From the IMG/VR virus record IMGVR_UViG_3300004112_000008, positions 1 to 48,008 of that record: a DNA stretch of 48,008 nucleotides. One strand, written 5' to 3'. A program made the position numbers and the translations under genes. The notes beneath the pieces were generated by a model, which saw nothing but the letters and a program-made list of their open reading frames with translations, searched no databases and was not told where the DNA came from. Source of the stretch: a virus (Duplodnaviria > Caudoviricetes). Numbering within the stretch: the first letter of the stretch is position 1; every line of letters starts with the position of its first letter. Below, piece by piece: positions 27,394 to 38,500 of this stretch.

Positions 27394-29043
27394 ATGCCTC
27401 GTCAACAATACGACAGGTTCTTTCCGTTCTCATCAATTCGACCTGAGCAGCGAAAGGCTATAGAATTCGCTTTAGACTCGTATGAGTCTGGCAAAAAAGC
27501 TGTCTTGCTAGAGATGGGTACGGGTACGGGTAAGTCGGCTACAGGCATCACAATCTCTAGATACATGGATGTGTATGGTGATGCCTTGAGAGATGAAGAA
27601 GGCATGCCTCTGTCGGGTGCATATCTTCTTACGACTCAGAAGATACTTCAAGAACAGTATATGGACGACTTTGGGCCGAAAAGCGGCAAAGGTCTACTTA
27701 GAACCATTAAGTCTTCATCCAACTATCGATGCAATTTCTATACGGATCAGTCATGTTCTGAGTCCAAGAAGGTCCTGTCCAAGTTAGGTAAGCAGCTCAA
27801 AGGGACGGACTTTGAGAAACAATGCAAAGAGAAGTGCACGTATTCTCTAGAAAAACAGGACTTTATTGAGTCGCCGTTATCCATCACTAATTTCTCATAT
27901 TTTTTGGCGGAAACAACGTATGCTGGCAAGCTGACTCCTCGGGCCATGTTGGTGATCGATGAGTGTCACAATACCGAGAACGAACTCGGTAAATTTGTCG
28001 AGGTCTCTTTCTCCGAGAAATTCGCAAGAGACGTTCTCAAGTGCAAGATGCCCAAGCTCGACTCTCAGACCGCAGTCTTTGACTGGGTGAAGACGACTTA
28101 CAGAAAAGCTGTCACCAAGTACGTCAGAGATCTTGAGAAGAATATGGTAAAGATCTCTGACTCTACTGAGGGGTACGGTCAATTCTCTAAACAGTACGAG
28201 ATGTTAGAGAAGCATACGGGCAAAGTCGACCAATTTGTAGAGATCTACAAAGAAGATAATTGGGCAATGAACGTGTCCTACCCCCAGGAAGGAAACCGAC
28301 GCGGAGCCCGAAAGTTCGAATTCAAACCTGTGGATGTCTCCAAGTATAGCAACATTCTCTTTAAATCGGGTGCAAGACTGCTGTTGATGTCAGCAACAGT
28401 CGTCGATAAAGACGTGTTCTGCACTTCAATCGGATTGGATCCGTCCGAGGTGGCCTACCTCAGGATTGCTTCTCCCTTCAACCCAGAAAAACACCCGATC
28501 CATTTCTTGCCAGTAGGTTCAATGGCCAAAGATTCGATCGATAAGACTCTGCCTGCTATGGCAGAAGTGGTCAGAATGCTTTTAGAAAAACATTCGAATG
28601 ACAAGGGTATCATCCATACGACCAATTACAGAGTTTCTAAGTTTCTTTTAGAAAACGTATGCACGAACAGATTCTTGACTCATGAATCGCACAATCGAGA
28701 TGAAGTTCTCAAGAAGCATTACGAGTCTCCCGAACCTACAGTCTTGATCTCACCGTCGATGATGGAGGGCGTCGACTTATCTGATGATGCCTCTAGGTTT
28801 CAAGTCCTTTGCAAAGTACCTTTCCCGTACTTGGGCGACTTGGTCGTCAAGAAGAGGATGGAACGAAACAAAATGTGGTATCCATATTCGACGGCCAAAT
28901 CTGTCATCCAGTCTTTTGGAAGGTCGATCAGAAACGATAAAGACTATGCTACGTCTTACATCCTCGACGCCGACTGGCAAAAGTTTTTCTTGAGAAACCA
29001 ACACATGTTCTCTGAAGAATTTAAGCTGTCACTCAAGAGGTAG
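27394..29043 (+). CDS. DinG/XPD-family SF2 helicase with putative Fe-S cluster
   Basis: RPEQ Q-motif, GTGTGKS, a four-Cys region, IDECHN, MSAT, EGVDL, KVPFP and QSFGRSIR. Confidence 0.9.
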   Translation: MPRQQYDRFFPFSSIRPEQRKAIEFALDSYESGKKAVLLEMGTGTGKSATGITISRYMDVYGDALRDEEGMPLSGAYLLTTQKILQEQYMDDFGPKSGKGLLRTIKSSSNYRCNFYTDQSCSESKKVLSKLGKQLKGTDFEKQCKEKCTYSLEKQDFIESPLSITNFSYFLAETTYAGKLTPRAMLVIDECHNTENELGKFVEVSFSEKFARDVLKCKMPKLDSQTAVFDWVKTTYRKAVTKYVRDLEKNMVKISDSTEGYGQFSKQYEMLEKHTGKVDQFVEIYKEDNWAMNVSYPQEGNRRGARKFEFKPVDVSKYSNILFKSGARLLLMSATVVDKDVFCTSIGLDPSEVAYLRIASPFNPEKHPIHFLPVGSMAKDSIDKTLPAMAEVVRMLLEKHSNDKGIIHTTNYRVSKFLLENVCTNRFLTHESHNRDEVLKKHYESPEPTVLISPSMMEGVDLSDDASRFQVLCKVPFPYLGDLVVKKRMERNKMWYPYSTAKSVIQSFGRSIRNDKDYATSYILDADWQKFFLRNQHMFSEEFKLSLKR

Positions 29044-29072
29044 GTTTACTTTTTACAAAATGTTTTTATACT
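29044..29072 (+). promoter_or_regulatory. T4-early-like sigma70 promoter
   Basis: GTTTAC-N17-TATACT, then AGGAGG before ATG 29097. Confidence 0.5.
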
Positions 29073-29096
29073 GCCTTCAGGAGGTATAGTCTACCA

Positions 29097-29303
29097 ATGA
29101 GTGACAGTCCTATCTTAGCAAAATGGAATGAACTAAAGTCTTTAGTCGTGTCTCTTGAACCTGATGTCGTCAAGAACGTCAAGGGTGTTGCTGCTGCCGG
29201 TGTCAGAGCCCGAAAAGGACTTCGACAACTACAGACCAGCGCAAAAGAACTTGTCAAGCTGACTCTTGAGTCTGACAAGGCAGAAAAGACAGAAAAGACG
29301 TGA
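29097..29303 (+). CDS. Histone H1-like nucleoid protein (Hc1 family)
   Basis: KGVAAAGVRARKGLRQL...AKEL matches the Hc1 G.kaAg.RaRK.l..l pattern. Confidence 0.75.
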   Translation: MSDSPILAKWNELKSLVVSLEPDVVKNVKGVAAAGVRARKGLRQLQTSAKELVKLTLESDKAEKTEKT

Positions 29304-29324
29304 TTACGTTTTCATGAGGAATTT

Positions 29325-29615
29325 ATGAGAACAAGAGACCGCATCTTAAGAAAGATAGCAGAACTAAACCTCGATCCCAAGGAGCCACATGTTTCTGGTA
29401 AAAATGGCATCTTGGTTTCAAAGAGGCAAATTTCTCAGCTTACAGAGGACAAAGAAAAAGACGTCAAGGAGAAGTCAGTAGAAGAAGATGCAGCACCTCT
29501 TTTCGGTGCTGCAATTAATAATACTGAAAATGTCCAAGACGAAAAGCCCGTGGAGGAAAAACCCAAGAAGAAGGTTCCTCCTCAGCCTAAGAAGAAGAGC
29601 ACTACTGGCGTATGA
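29325..29615 (+). CDS. Lys/Glu-rich, probably disordered protein
   Basis: GAGGA RBS; C-terminus EKPVEEKPKKKVPPQPKKK. Confidence 0.55.
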   Translation: MRTRDRILRKIAELNLDPKEPHVSGKNGILVSKRQISQLTEDKEKDVKEKSVEEDAAPLFGAAINNTENVQDEKPVEEKPKKKVPPQPKKKSTTGV

Positions 29616-29874
29616 AGCTTCTTATCTTTTGGTAAATGTGCTTCTCTATCTGGCAGATTCTCATTCTAGTCAGCCCGTAGATTTTACCAATCTCATTCAG
29701 AGTCAGAGGACCAGACTGCGTGGTAATAACCATGCAGTTTTTTCCTTTTTGGAAGTCGATCCATTGATTACAAGACTTTCTCTCACAAGACAGAGAACGT
29801 TTATCAACTTCTTCGAAGCAAGTAGTATTTAGTACGCGTAGCTTAGTCGTCTTTTTGTCTGAGCGGTTGTTCAT
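29602..29874 (-). CDS. Stand-alone sigma70 region-4 HTH protein with Cys-rich N-terminus
   Basis: GPLTLNEIGKIYGLTRMRICQIEK (sigma 4.2 TLeEiG..fgvTReRirQIE) preceded by four Cys. The start is set at ATG 29874 to avoid overlap with phoH. Confidence 0.8.
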   Translation of the reverse strand: MNNRSDKKTTKLRVLNTTCFEEVDKRSLSCERKSCNQWIDFQKGKNCMVITTQSGPLTLNEIGKIYGLTRMRICQIEKHIYQKIRSFIRQ

Positions 29875-29935
29875 GTATCTGTGTATGATAGTTCTGTAAG
29901 CAATCGCAATTGTATAAGACGACCAAAGAACAAAC

Positions 29936-31324
29936 ATGAAAAAGACATACGTACTAGATACCAACGTACTTCTTAGTGACCCACAGTTCCTTCGAAATTT
30001 TCAAGATAACGATCTCATCATACCTTTGCTCGTGCTTGAAGAAATGGACCGCCACAAAGGTCGGTCAGACGAGGTCGGTCGAAACTGTAGAGAAGTAAGC
30101 AGAATTTTAGACACTCTAACAGAGGCAGGTAGTCTCAGAGAAGGTGTCGCTTTGCCTTGTGGCGGCACTCTTAGAGTGCTATCTTCTCCCGACGGTTACA
30201 GCGACCTTCTTCCGCAAGATCTTATCAAAGGGTCCTCAGTTGACAACATGATCATCGGTTTCGTTCTAAAGCTACGCCAGGGCGAATACACAGATGCAAT
30301 TCTTGTTTCAAAAGACATCAACGTCAGGGTCAAGTGTTCGTCTCTTGGAATACCAGCCCAAGACTATCTTAGCATTAGAGTTGCCGACAATCTAGAGTCA
30401 CTTTACACGGGCGTGAAAGTAGTTCTTACGGACGAAAAGACCGTGGATAGGTTCTATGAGGGTCAGCACATCAAGGCAGCAGATGTAACTTCTGAAACAG
30501 TTCATCCCAATCAAATACTTGTCCTAAAGTCTGTGGATTCAGAAGGCAATACGTTGAAGTCTGCGTTGTGCAGGGTAATACCTGGAGGCTCTCTGTGCTT
30601 CTTCAAAAAATACGATGATGTCTTCGGTATTAGGCCAAGGAACAAAGAGCAGACATTTTCTTTAGAACTTCTGATGGATCCCAGTGTCAAATTGCTGACT
30701 TTGACTGGTAGGGCGGGATGCGGAAAGACCCTTATCGCCTTGGCCGCAGGTCTAGACCAGCTGGCCTCGATAGGAACGTCTAAGACATATCAGAAGCTTG
30801 TCGTGTCGAGGCCTGTTCAGCCTGTAGGCAGAGACATAGGATTCTTACCAGGCACATTACAGGAGAAGATGGAACCTTGGATCTCTCCTATACGCGACAA
30901 TCTTGAGTTTCTTCTTGGAGCAGGAGGCAAGAAGACGACGCAACGAAGACGCAAATCAGACGAAAATTCGTCTGGTGGTTTTAAGGACCCTTACTTGGAC
31001 CTCATGCAACAGAGGGGTCTCATAGAGATCGAAGCCATATCTTTCATCAGAGGGCGTTCGATTCCTAATACCTTCATGATAATTGATGAAGCACAGAATC
31101 TAACGATGCACGAACTGAAGACCATCGTCACTAGAGCCGGCGAAAATACTAAGATCGTACTCACAGGTGATATAGAACAGATAGACAACGTCCATGTCGA
31201 TTCTTTCACCAACGGTTTGACGTATGCGGTAGAAAAGTTCAAGGAATTCGACTTGTCAGGACATGTCACTCTCTTGAAGGGAGAGAGGTCTGCTCTTGCA
31301 ACTCTGGCATCACAAATTCTTTAG
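29936..31324 (+). CDS. phoH: PIN-PhoH (PhoH2/YlaK-type) protein
   Basis: PIN domain: VLDTNVLL, EEMD, DNMI, SKDINVR. PhoH domain: GRAGCGKT, GFLPG, IRGRSI, DEAQN, GDIEQID. Confidence 0.95.
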   Translation: MKKTYVLDTNVLLSDPQFLRNFQDNDLIIPLLVLEEMDRHKGRSDEVGRNCREVSRILDTLTEAGSLREGVALPCGGTLRVLSSPDGYSDLLPQDLIKGSSVDNMIIGFVLKLRQGEYTDAILVSKDINVRVKCSSLGIPAQDYLSIRVADNLESLYTGVKVVLTDEKTVDRFYEGQHIKAADVTSETVHPNQILVLKSVDSEGNTLKSALCRVIPGGSLCFFKKYDDVFGIRPRNKEQTFSLELLMDPSVKLLTLTGRAGCGKTLIALAAGLDQLASIGTSKTYQKLVVSRPVQPVGRDIGFLPGTLQEKMEPWISPIRDNLEFLLGAGGKKTTQRRRKSDENSSGGFKDPYLDLMQQRGLIEIEAISFIRGRSIPNTFMIIDEAQNLTMHELKTIVTRAGENTKIVLTGDIEQIDNVHVDSFTNGLTYAVEKFKEFDLSGHVTLLKGERSALATLASQIL

Positions 31325-31366
31325 AACTAAACTTGACACTCTGGCATAATTTGATATGGAACAGTT

Positions 31367-32818
31367 ATGACCGGAATCTTAGACAGTAAGTCCCGAATAA
31401 TAGATGCTATACTGACATCAGAGGGACGCCGACAAATGGCTGAGGGGACCTTTCAGGTCTCCTATGCCACTTTTTCTGATGCGGGTGTCTCCTACACGCC
31501 TGATGCAGGAGATGGCCATGAAGATCCAACTGTAAGGTTGTATTTCGAAGCATGCAACTTGCCGCAAGACCAAATAACTTTTGAAGCCAACGATGAAGGC
31601 AAGTTGATGCCAATGAGGAGTCAAGACATAAAGCTCAAGACTCCCGGCGGCAACGTCCCCTCAGCATATTCCGAAGGGACGATGATGAATGGCCGTCTGA
31701 CTGTTTATCAGTTGCATCACGGCCGAAGAATAAAGACATCCTTCATACAAGAGAATGCTGACGACTATGACAAAGGATTCATTTATTCTGATAACACAGG
31801 ATTGACAGGAAGCATACTTGCAAGACCAGCTCTCAAGGCTGGTACTGTCAAGGCAAGCGCACCTTCTCCCGGTGGTCCTTACGTCGCGTACTTCGGTACG
31901 AAAGGTGGGATGGGTCCTCAGCAATTTGCCCAAGTCCTGTCACAATCAATTGCAAAAATCAAAACTCTCGGCGGGCCCGACGTGACAGGTCCCGCCATAA
32001 ACGACTCCGTCTATTTGGACGGAGGAGATAGTTTTATCGGTACAAAGTTGTACGAGTCTGGTACTTTGTCTTCACCACTGTCTCTTGAGCAAGGCGCAAT
32101 CGGTGGAAGAGTGATGTCAGATGAAGTTCAGTCAGCAGGGTTTGCAACTCAGCTCGAAGGAATATTGACTTCATCTTTTGACAATTTCCTAGAACTTCAG
32201 ACCTTGGCTTCGATCGACAGACTATTTCAAGACAACCAGTTCACGCTTTCAGAGAACGTATTGGACTTTGACATGTCCAAAATCGACAGAAGGACTCTGA
32301 ATGTTCTCAAGAAGTCTCCGCCATATCTCAATTCGATAGATTCACTTTTCAGTGATGACAAATTGAGTCATCTTGAAAATCATATGTATTTACCGCCTAT
32401 TGTCAAGACTTCGGACGCTGCATTGACAGACAAGACAAACCCAGACAATTTGCTGCCTTATGTTCTTGGAGATTATCCTTCGTGGGGTGACAATGAGAAA
32501 AAGCTTTCTTTTTCTAAGTTGATGGAACAGCTTGAACCCTACAAAGACGTAAGCAGACCTGTCTATTTCGATGAGTCTTCGAGAAACAACAGAGTAATAG
32601 CACAGTTTTTCGAGGTGACAGACAAAGAAGTTTCTAAACTCGACGTTGTCAGCTATGGCGACATCATGAATGACACACAGTCTTCTCTTGTAGTGACAAA
32701 CAAGGTTTTTTTCGTAGGCAAGACTTTCATAGACGATAGAGGAACAACTTGCTATGTCAACATGTTCACTCTTGTCTTCTCTAAGGATGACAGGCAGGAA
32801 AAGGAGTCTTTGTTGTGA
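31367..32818 (+). CDS. Virion structural protein (tail/baseplate)
   Basis: N-terminus GILDSKSRIIDAILTSEGRRQMA...F.D..V.Y is paralogous to that of 41773..42522. Confidence 0.6.
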   Translation: MTGILDSKSRIIDAILTSEGRRQMAEGTFQVSYATFSDAGVSYTPDAGDGHEDPTVRLYFEACNLPQDQITFEANDEGKLMPMRSQDIKLKTPGGNVPSAYSEGTMMNGRLTVYQLHHGRRIKTSFIQENADDYDKGFIYSDNTGLTGSILARPALKAGTVKASAPSPGGPYVAYFGTKGGMGPQQFAQVLSQSIAKIKTLGGPDVTGPAINDSVYLDGGDSFIGTKLYESGTLSSPLSLEQGAIGGRVMSDEVQSAGFATQLEGILTSSFDNFLELQTLASIDRLFQDNQFTLSENVLDFDMSKIDRRTLNVLKKSPPYLNSIDSLFSDDKLSHLENHMYLPPIVKTSDAALTDKTNPDNLLPYVLGDYPSWGDNEKKLSFSKLMEQLEPYKDVSRPVYFDESSRNNRVIAQFFEVTDKEVSKLDVVSYGDIMNDTQSSLVVTNKVFFVGKTFIDDRGTTCYVNMFTLVFSKDDRQEKESLL

Positions 32819-35583
32819 GAATCGTTCAAAAACTAAAGCCTCTAGAGAAAAAGTCTTCTATCCTTCGAGTCGACCCGGACTTATTTGCGGAACTGATAGA
32901 CTTGGACGAGAACGGAAATTATAAGTTCAAGTTTAAGTTTAAGCTCAATCTTAGAAATAAAAAGAAGGATCCTAGAGGATACAGTAAAGTCGCGATCACA
33001 GTCCGCAGAGACGAAGACCCAAAGACATCACTTGCAAACATATCAAACAAATTCAAATCTTCGCAAATTGCATCTTCTGGAATAGAAGTCAATCCCATCA
33101 AGAAGCTTGAGACAGTAAACAACAAGGTAGACATTAGAGCCATCAAACCTAAAAATGGGGCTTCAATTTCGAAATTGCCGGGAAAAGTTCAGGACAAGCT
33201 TTATTCTGGTTTGCAGCTCATCAAAGACTTGAATGAGAAAGAAGAATTCATAGCACAGGAATTTGTCAATTTCAACATTGACGGATCTTCTGCCACTCTT
33301 GACAAATTCATAAACAGCATTTTTTCTTTCTATGAGTTGACGACACCAGCTTTCAAAAAAGACATCCTTCTGAATCGATCAATCTTTGAAAGCCAGATAA
33401 CGCATGCACGTTCTAATATTGACTTTCAAGATAGAGACAACGTTAGAAAAATAGGCCCAGACAGGATCGATCCCACAGACCTGATTGAGAGAATAAACCT
33501 GGAACACATCGAACCATCAGATCCAGCAGACGATGAAGACACTAAGTTGTTGAACAACAAGTCTTATTTTCTTTCTCCTGATTTGAGAAGAAACGTTGTG
33601 AGCAAAGGAAAAAGCGGTTTGCTTTACGATCTAGCCGAGTATTTTATCGACGACGTAGCACCCCATCCCAGAGAAGATTCTCTGGCGAGATATGAAGCAC
33701 AACGCGTCGCCAAGACCCTCAAAGAAGCTGAGTTCTCTAGTGATATTTTAGTACCCGATGAATACAAGAGATCAAAACTTTCCGTTAGATTCGACCTGTA
33801 TAACGAGGAGACAAATGCTGTCGACGAAACGATAACGATGGATCTTTCGATGGTGAGTCACGTCGAAGCCTATGAGTCGTTAAAGAATTATCCAAAAGTT
33901 AAAGTAACTCAGTTGCAGGCACCGCCATTCTCCAAATCTAGCACAGGTAAAAACAGGTATGTGGTAAAAATTGGAGGCAGTCCTGACAGAAGAATAAGCG
34001 GTTACAATCTGTATCTCAAGTCTGTTACTAAGACGGGCGCCGTGTCGCCCTATAGAAACGTTGGTTTTATTTCATCGTCTGGAGACATGACTGAAGTAAT
34101 AACGACTAAGTCCCCTCTTTCTGTCCTGAGAGTAGTGCCTGTAGATAGAAGAAATAGAGAGTCAAATCTTTTCACTAATACAGTGATCGGACCAGGTCAC
34201 GATGTAATTGGAAATCTTACTATCTTACCCAGCCATTTCGGAAAAAGCAACCTAGTAAAAGTAGAAGTCATCAACATTCCTAAGAATGCAGTTTCTATCT
34301 CGCTTTTCAAGCGGGACTGTTCCGAAAATCCCGACAGCAATTTTTTCCTTTATGACACATCCAAGGCAGTAAGCGGTCAGACTAGCTACACGTTCGTCGA
34401 TAAATTGTCTAGAGCTGACCGTACATACGAGTATTACGCAGTCGTAAGCACTACTTCCGCTAAGAACAAAGAAGTACCTGTCATTTCAAACTATGTCATG
34501 TATAAGAATGCCCCAAGCATTTCTGAATTGAAAGCAATAAATGTTACTCTGACTAATCCCGAATTTAGGGCTGGATCAACAGGACTTTATGAAATAGCTT
34601 TTCAAATAAAGACGGATGTTTCCACGACTGAGAATCAGAGGATTACTGACACTCTAAAGAACCAGCTAGGAGAGCTTTACGATCAGTTTCTCAATCCGCA
34701 GGCTAACTCATCGTCTCCTCTAGGCGATTCAAAGGGTATACCTCAATATAACGACCTTTTCTTTCATGAGATTGTTAGGACTAATTTGAATACGGGCGAG
34801 AGAGAGACTTTTGACTTAGTCGGTGAAGGAATTTTCATCGATGGAGAGACTTCTCAGAAAAACTCTAACGTAAAAGCTATAGTTCCTTTCTTCTCTTATC
34901 ACTATCAAGTTTTCACTTTTAAGAAGAATCCAATAGAACTTTTCAAGAAATACATCGCCAAAGGAACTGATCTAAGGGGGAGAGAGTGGTTTTACCTGCC
35001 TTACAAGTGGGTAAATTCACAAGCAAAGTCAGGTAGACTATACCCAGACGACAAAAACGGCGTCCCTGTCATCGATGCATATGAATCTTTTACGTCTGAA
35101 GCGTACGGTTTGACTGCTTCGTATCGCTCTACAGGTTCAGCTCAATTTACTTCTTTGACTCAAATAGTCGCTGATAGAATAGACCGTAATACTGTTAAGA
35201 TTAGCTGGCAGTTCGAAGGCGCGTCAGAGCTCAATAAGAGCAATTTGTATGATTGTTTTGTTGTGCTTAAGGTTGTCAATGGAGTCAGGAGTTTCGTTGG
35301 AAGAAGTTTCAAACAATTCATCTATCACGAGCTAAACAGCGAAGATCTAGGAACAGTCTACTATATCATCGTTCCGATAATGTCAGAATTTGATATAGAC
35401 GAACCTGGCTATTCAAATGTTTTAGTAATAGATCCTGATGGTCTAACAATCAAAGAAAATTTAGGAAATTTTTCATCTTCACCCATTGAACTGGACAACA
35501 GCAACATGAAAAAAGAGAGCATTGGGAATGTTCTCTCGAGAAAGACAATGGTTACTGACTTGAAAACTAGGAAGGGCAATTGA
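32815..35583 (+). CDS. Large putative structural protein with FN3/Ig-like segments
   Basis: GYNLY, FVD...RTYEYYAV, VKISW and VYYIIVP beta-sandwich signatures; translationally coupled. Confidence 0.55.
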   Translation: MRIVQKLKPLEKKSSILRVDPDLFAELIDLDENGNYKFKFKFKLNLRNKKKDPRGYSKVAITVRRDEDPKTSLANISNKFKSSQIASSGIEVNPIKKLETVNNKVDIRAIKPKNGASISKLPGKVQDKLYSGLQLIKDLNEKEEFIAQEFVNFNIDGSSATLDKFINSIFSFYELTTPAFKKDILLNRSIFESQITHARSNIDFQDRDNVRKIGPDRIDPTDLIERINLEHIEPSDPADDEDTKLLNNKSYFLSPDLRRNVVSKGKSGLLYDLAEYFIDDVAPHPREDSLARYEAQRVAKTLKEAEFSSDILVPDEYKRSKLSVRFDLYNEETNAVDETITMDLSMVSHVEAYESLKNYPKVKVTQLQAPPFSKSSTGKNRYVVKIGGSPDRRISGYNLYLKSVTKTGAVSPYRNVGFISSSGDMTEVITTKSPLSVLRVVPVDRRNRESNLFTNTVIGPGHDVIGNLTILPSHFGKSNLVKVEVINIPKNAVSISLFKRDCSENPDSNFFLYDTSKAVSGQTSYTFVDKLSRADRTYEYYAVVSTTSAKNKEVPVISNYVMYKNAPSISELKAINVTLTNPEFRAGSTGLYEIAFQIKTDVSTTENQRITDTLKNQLGELYDQFLNPQANSSSPLGDSKGIPQYNDLFFHEIVRTNLNTGERETFDLVGEGIFIDGETSQKNSNVKAIVPFFSYHYQVFTFKKNPIELFKKYIAKGTDLRGREWFYLPYKWVNSQAKSGRLYPDDKNGVPVIDAYESFTSEAYGLTASYRSTGSAQFTSLTQIVADRIDRNTVKISWQFEGASELNKSNLYDCFVVLKVVNGVRSFVGRSFKQFIYHELNSEDLGTVYYIIVPIMSEFDIDEPGYSNVLVIDPDGLTIKENLGNFSSSPIELDNSNMKKESIGNVLSRKTMVTDLKTRKGN

Positions 35584-38500
35584 TGGCTTCGTCAAAATCT
35601 AGCGGTAGTTCAAGTTCTAGGCCTAACAAGTACTTGCATAGCATACCAAGTTCTAATGTAAAGTCTAAAGCACAAGAAAAGCTTGCCGAGGATGCAGATT
35701 CTTCTCCGGTAAAAAACAGTCTAATTGCCTCGAAGAAAGTAATTCAGTCGATAAAAACGCCTACAATCGTCACAGAAAATTATAGACATAGGTCTAGCGA
35801 CGACGGCACACAAGAGCTGAGGACAAGCACTAGGTCTAATGAGAAAGCAAAGATTTTTTCTTTGCATACCGGTCTGTCGTCTACTGAACCCGTCATATTG
35901 ATTTCAGCCGAATTTCAGCCGATTTATTCGGGAAATTCGCTTGCATCTGGGAAAAATCAATTAGGAAAGATGCTTCATCTCAAAGAGACAGCTGGGATGA
36001 TTAATGCAAGAACATCCATTTCCATATTGTCTCAAAGTGAAGACTCTAAGGATGCGGTCGTAGCCAATAAAAACGAACTAACAAAGTTTATCAACAAGGA
36101 AGACGACAGCATCGTAAGACTCGCAAAAGAGATGAACAACGCATTAAATGTGTTGGACGTCACATCTTTTAGTCTAAGCATCAAAGACTATTTTTCAGAT
36201 AGCGTCAAAAGCCTCTATGAGATCTTGATCAAAGGAGGTTTCCCAGCCAGTTCGATCAGAGACTATACAGAAACCAAGATGTGGATGCAGTCTCTGATAG
36301 AGATAAAAAAGACGTTGCTTACACACAGCCCAGACTTAGTAGAAAGCAAATTCAGCAGACAGATAAACCGACAGGTCAACAGTCCTTTTGATCTAAGCGA
36401 CATAGACGACGCCCCCGCAGGAGTAAAAAATTTCTGGATCAATAGGAACTATGATAAGTTGCCCACTATCGGCGAAATGACAAATTTTGGTACGATCAAA
36501 GCCAACGTAAAGCTTTTGAACGATTTTCTAAGTGTACAGTACATGATTTTGCCTAACGCTAACTCAACTCAAAAGACTCCAAAGAAATCCAATAAAAGTG
36601 CTGGTTTTTCTATGGGTACTTTGGCAATAGGCCCTAGCATTCTTGTGCCTTTCGAGAGTTCTGGAAGAGACATCAGCATCATATGCCACATACTGTTTAG
36701 AGAAGCCATGTATTCGAGGATGCTGTTAGACAGTCAATTTGCTTCAAAATTAGCGAGCAAATTCGGTTACACAGTGGACCCTAACGGAGAAAACATGAAG
36801 GTTTGGGACTATCTGATCGGCAAATTTCCTAAGTCGGTCCTAGACTTCACAGCAAGTCCTGTTGGAAATGGAAATTCTCTATTAAGCTATTCACAGAAAT
36901 CTATTTCAGCGGGGCAAAACGATTTCTATAACATTCTGACTTTCGAAAACAATTTCATCGAAGGTAAAAATATCACGCCTGGCACCTACTACTATCTCGA
37001 CAGTTCTCTAAATACATCCGATGGAAAGAACTTCGAACTGAACCGTCTAAATGACTTCATAGCAAGCACATCCGAAGCTTTCAATACCACAGAGTCAATC
37101 TTAAAAATGATGGGCTTCAAGCCAGAAGGTGACGCATCTCAAGGCAGCCTCAAGGAGAGGTACGACAAGATACAGACTCCCGAAGACATAGACATAGAAG
37201 AGTTCATTAATAGACTTTCTGTGGTGGTTAAAAACTATTCAAACTATCTGACTGGCAACAATGGAAAGATTCAGGACATCAGTGGCGGAGGCGGACTTTT
37301 CTCGGGTGCTTGGGGTAAAAGTGGTCCAAAAGGAAACAAAGACACGACCGCTGTAAGGTTGTCAGCTTTGTTATGCAAGGCAGCTATCCAACCTGTTGAT
37401 GCTTTTAAGCCAAGAAGCAACAACCTTAGAGCGCTTTTGTTCATGTGGCTCATGAACGTCGTCTTGCAAAAGGCCGAAGGCATAGGTAATACCATTACAC
37501 AAAATTACCTGAAGCAAGAGATAGCGAAAATACTGACAGACACTAGTGCAGGCTTCAACAAACAAAAGATAACTGACGCAGCAAATTCTCAAAGGACCTT
37601 TCCCAGCAAGATAGAAAATATTTCCGGTAAAAGTTCCATCGACTTTTTTGGAACAATTCAAGATCGATGGGAAGACGCAGGTTACGAAATATTGAGTGAA
37701 GTCTTCCAGACTGCCGAAGACGCAAAGAATAAAGAGGTAGACGCAGAAAGAAAGCAAGCATACAACGCGTATCTTGCTTCTGTCGGCAACAGAGTTTTTG
37801 AAATCGATGCTGACAAAGGAATCTGGCCCGTCATTGTCGACATGCTGAAGTCGATATACGACAGCAAAGGAATCTATACGACGCAGGACGTCACAGCGTA
37901 CTCAGGAATAAATCAGGTTGCTTACCTTTATTGTTACTTCGATCTAATTCTTAGGATTATTGCTGCCCAGGTTCCTGAGAATCTATTGGGTTCTTACACT
38001 CAAGAGCTTGTTTATGGAGTTCCTACTACAGAAGTAACAAATCAAGCCGCTGTAGATGCCAACAAAGCAAATGATGCAATTCGTGAATTAGGAATCTATT
38101 CACCTTATGTGCCTGAAAAGACGACTTACGACCCAGCAGACGTCAAGGTCAGAGAATCTGGTCTCATAATAGACAAGCCTGATTCGGAAACGCTGAATGA
38201 GTACTTTGACTACTCAAAGATAAAGTCCCCCGCCAGCAAGTCTGTCAAGAAAATCAAAGACTCCTTGCTTTTCTTTAGACTGGAAGAATATCTCGCCACG
38301 AGAGAAGTAGGGATCGTAAGAAGCTATCTTCACACAGTAAACAAAGCTGTGACTTCTCTAAGAAATTACATGGATCAAAATTTCGAGAAGTATCTTGCGG
38401 ACATAAACGCACTTTTTCAAACCGACAATTCTCTTACTAAGACCCAGCGAAATGCTTTGATCAATCTGACGCTTTCAGACGAGCAGTTCAAGCTCGCTAG

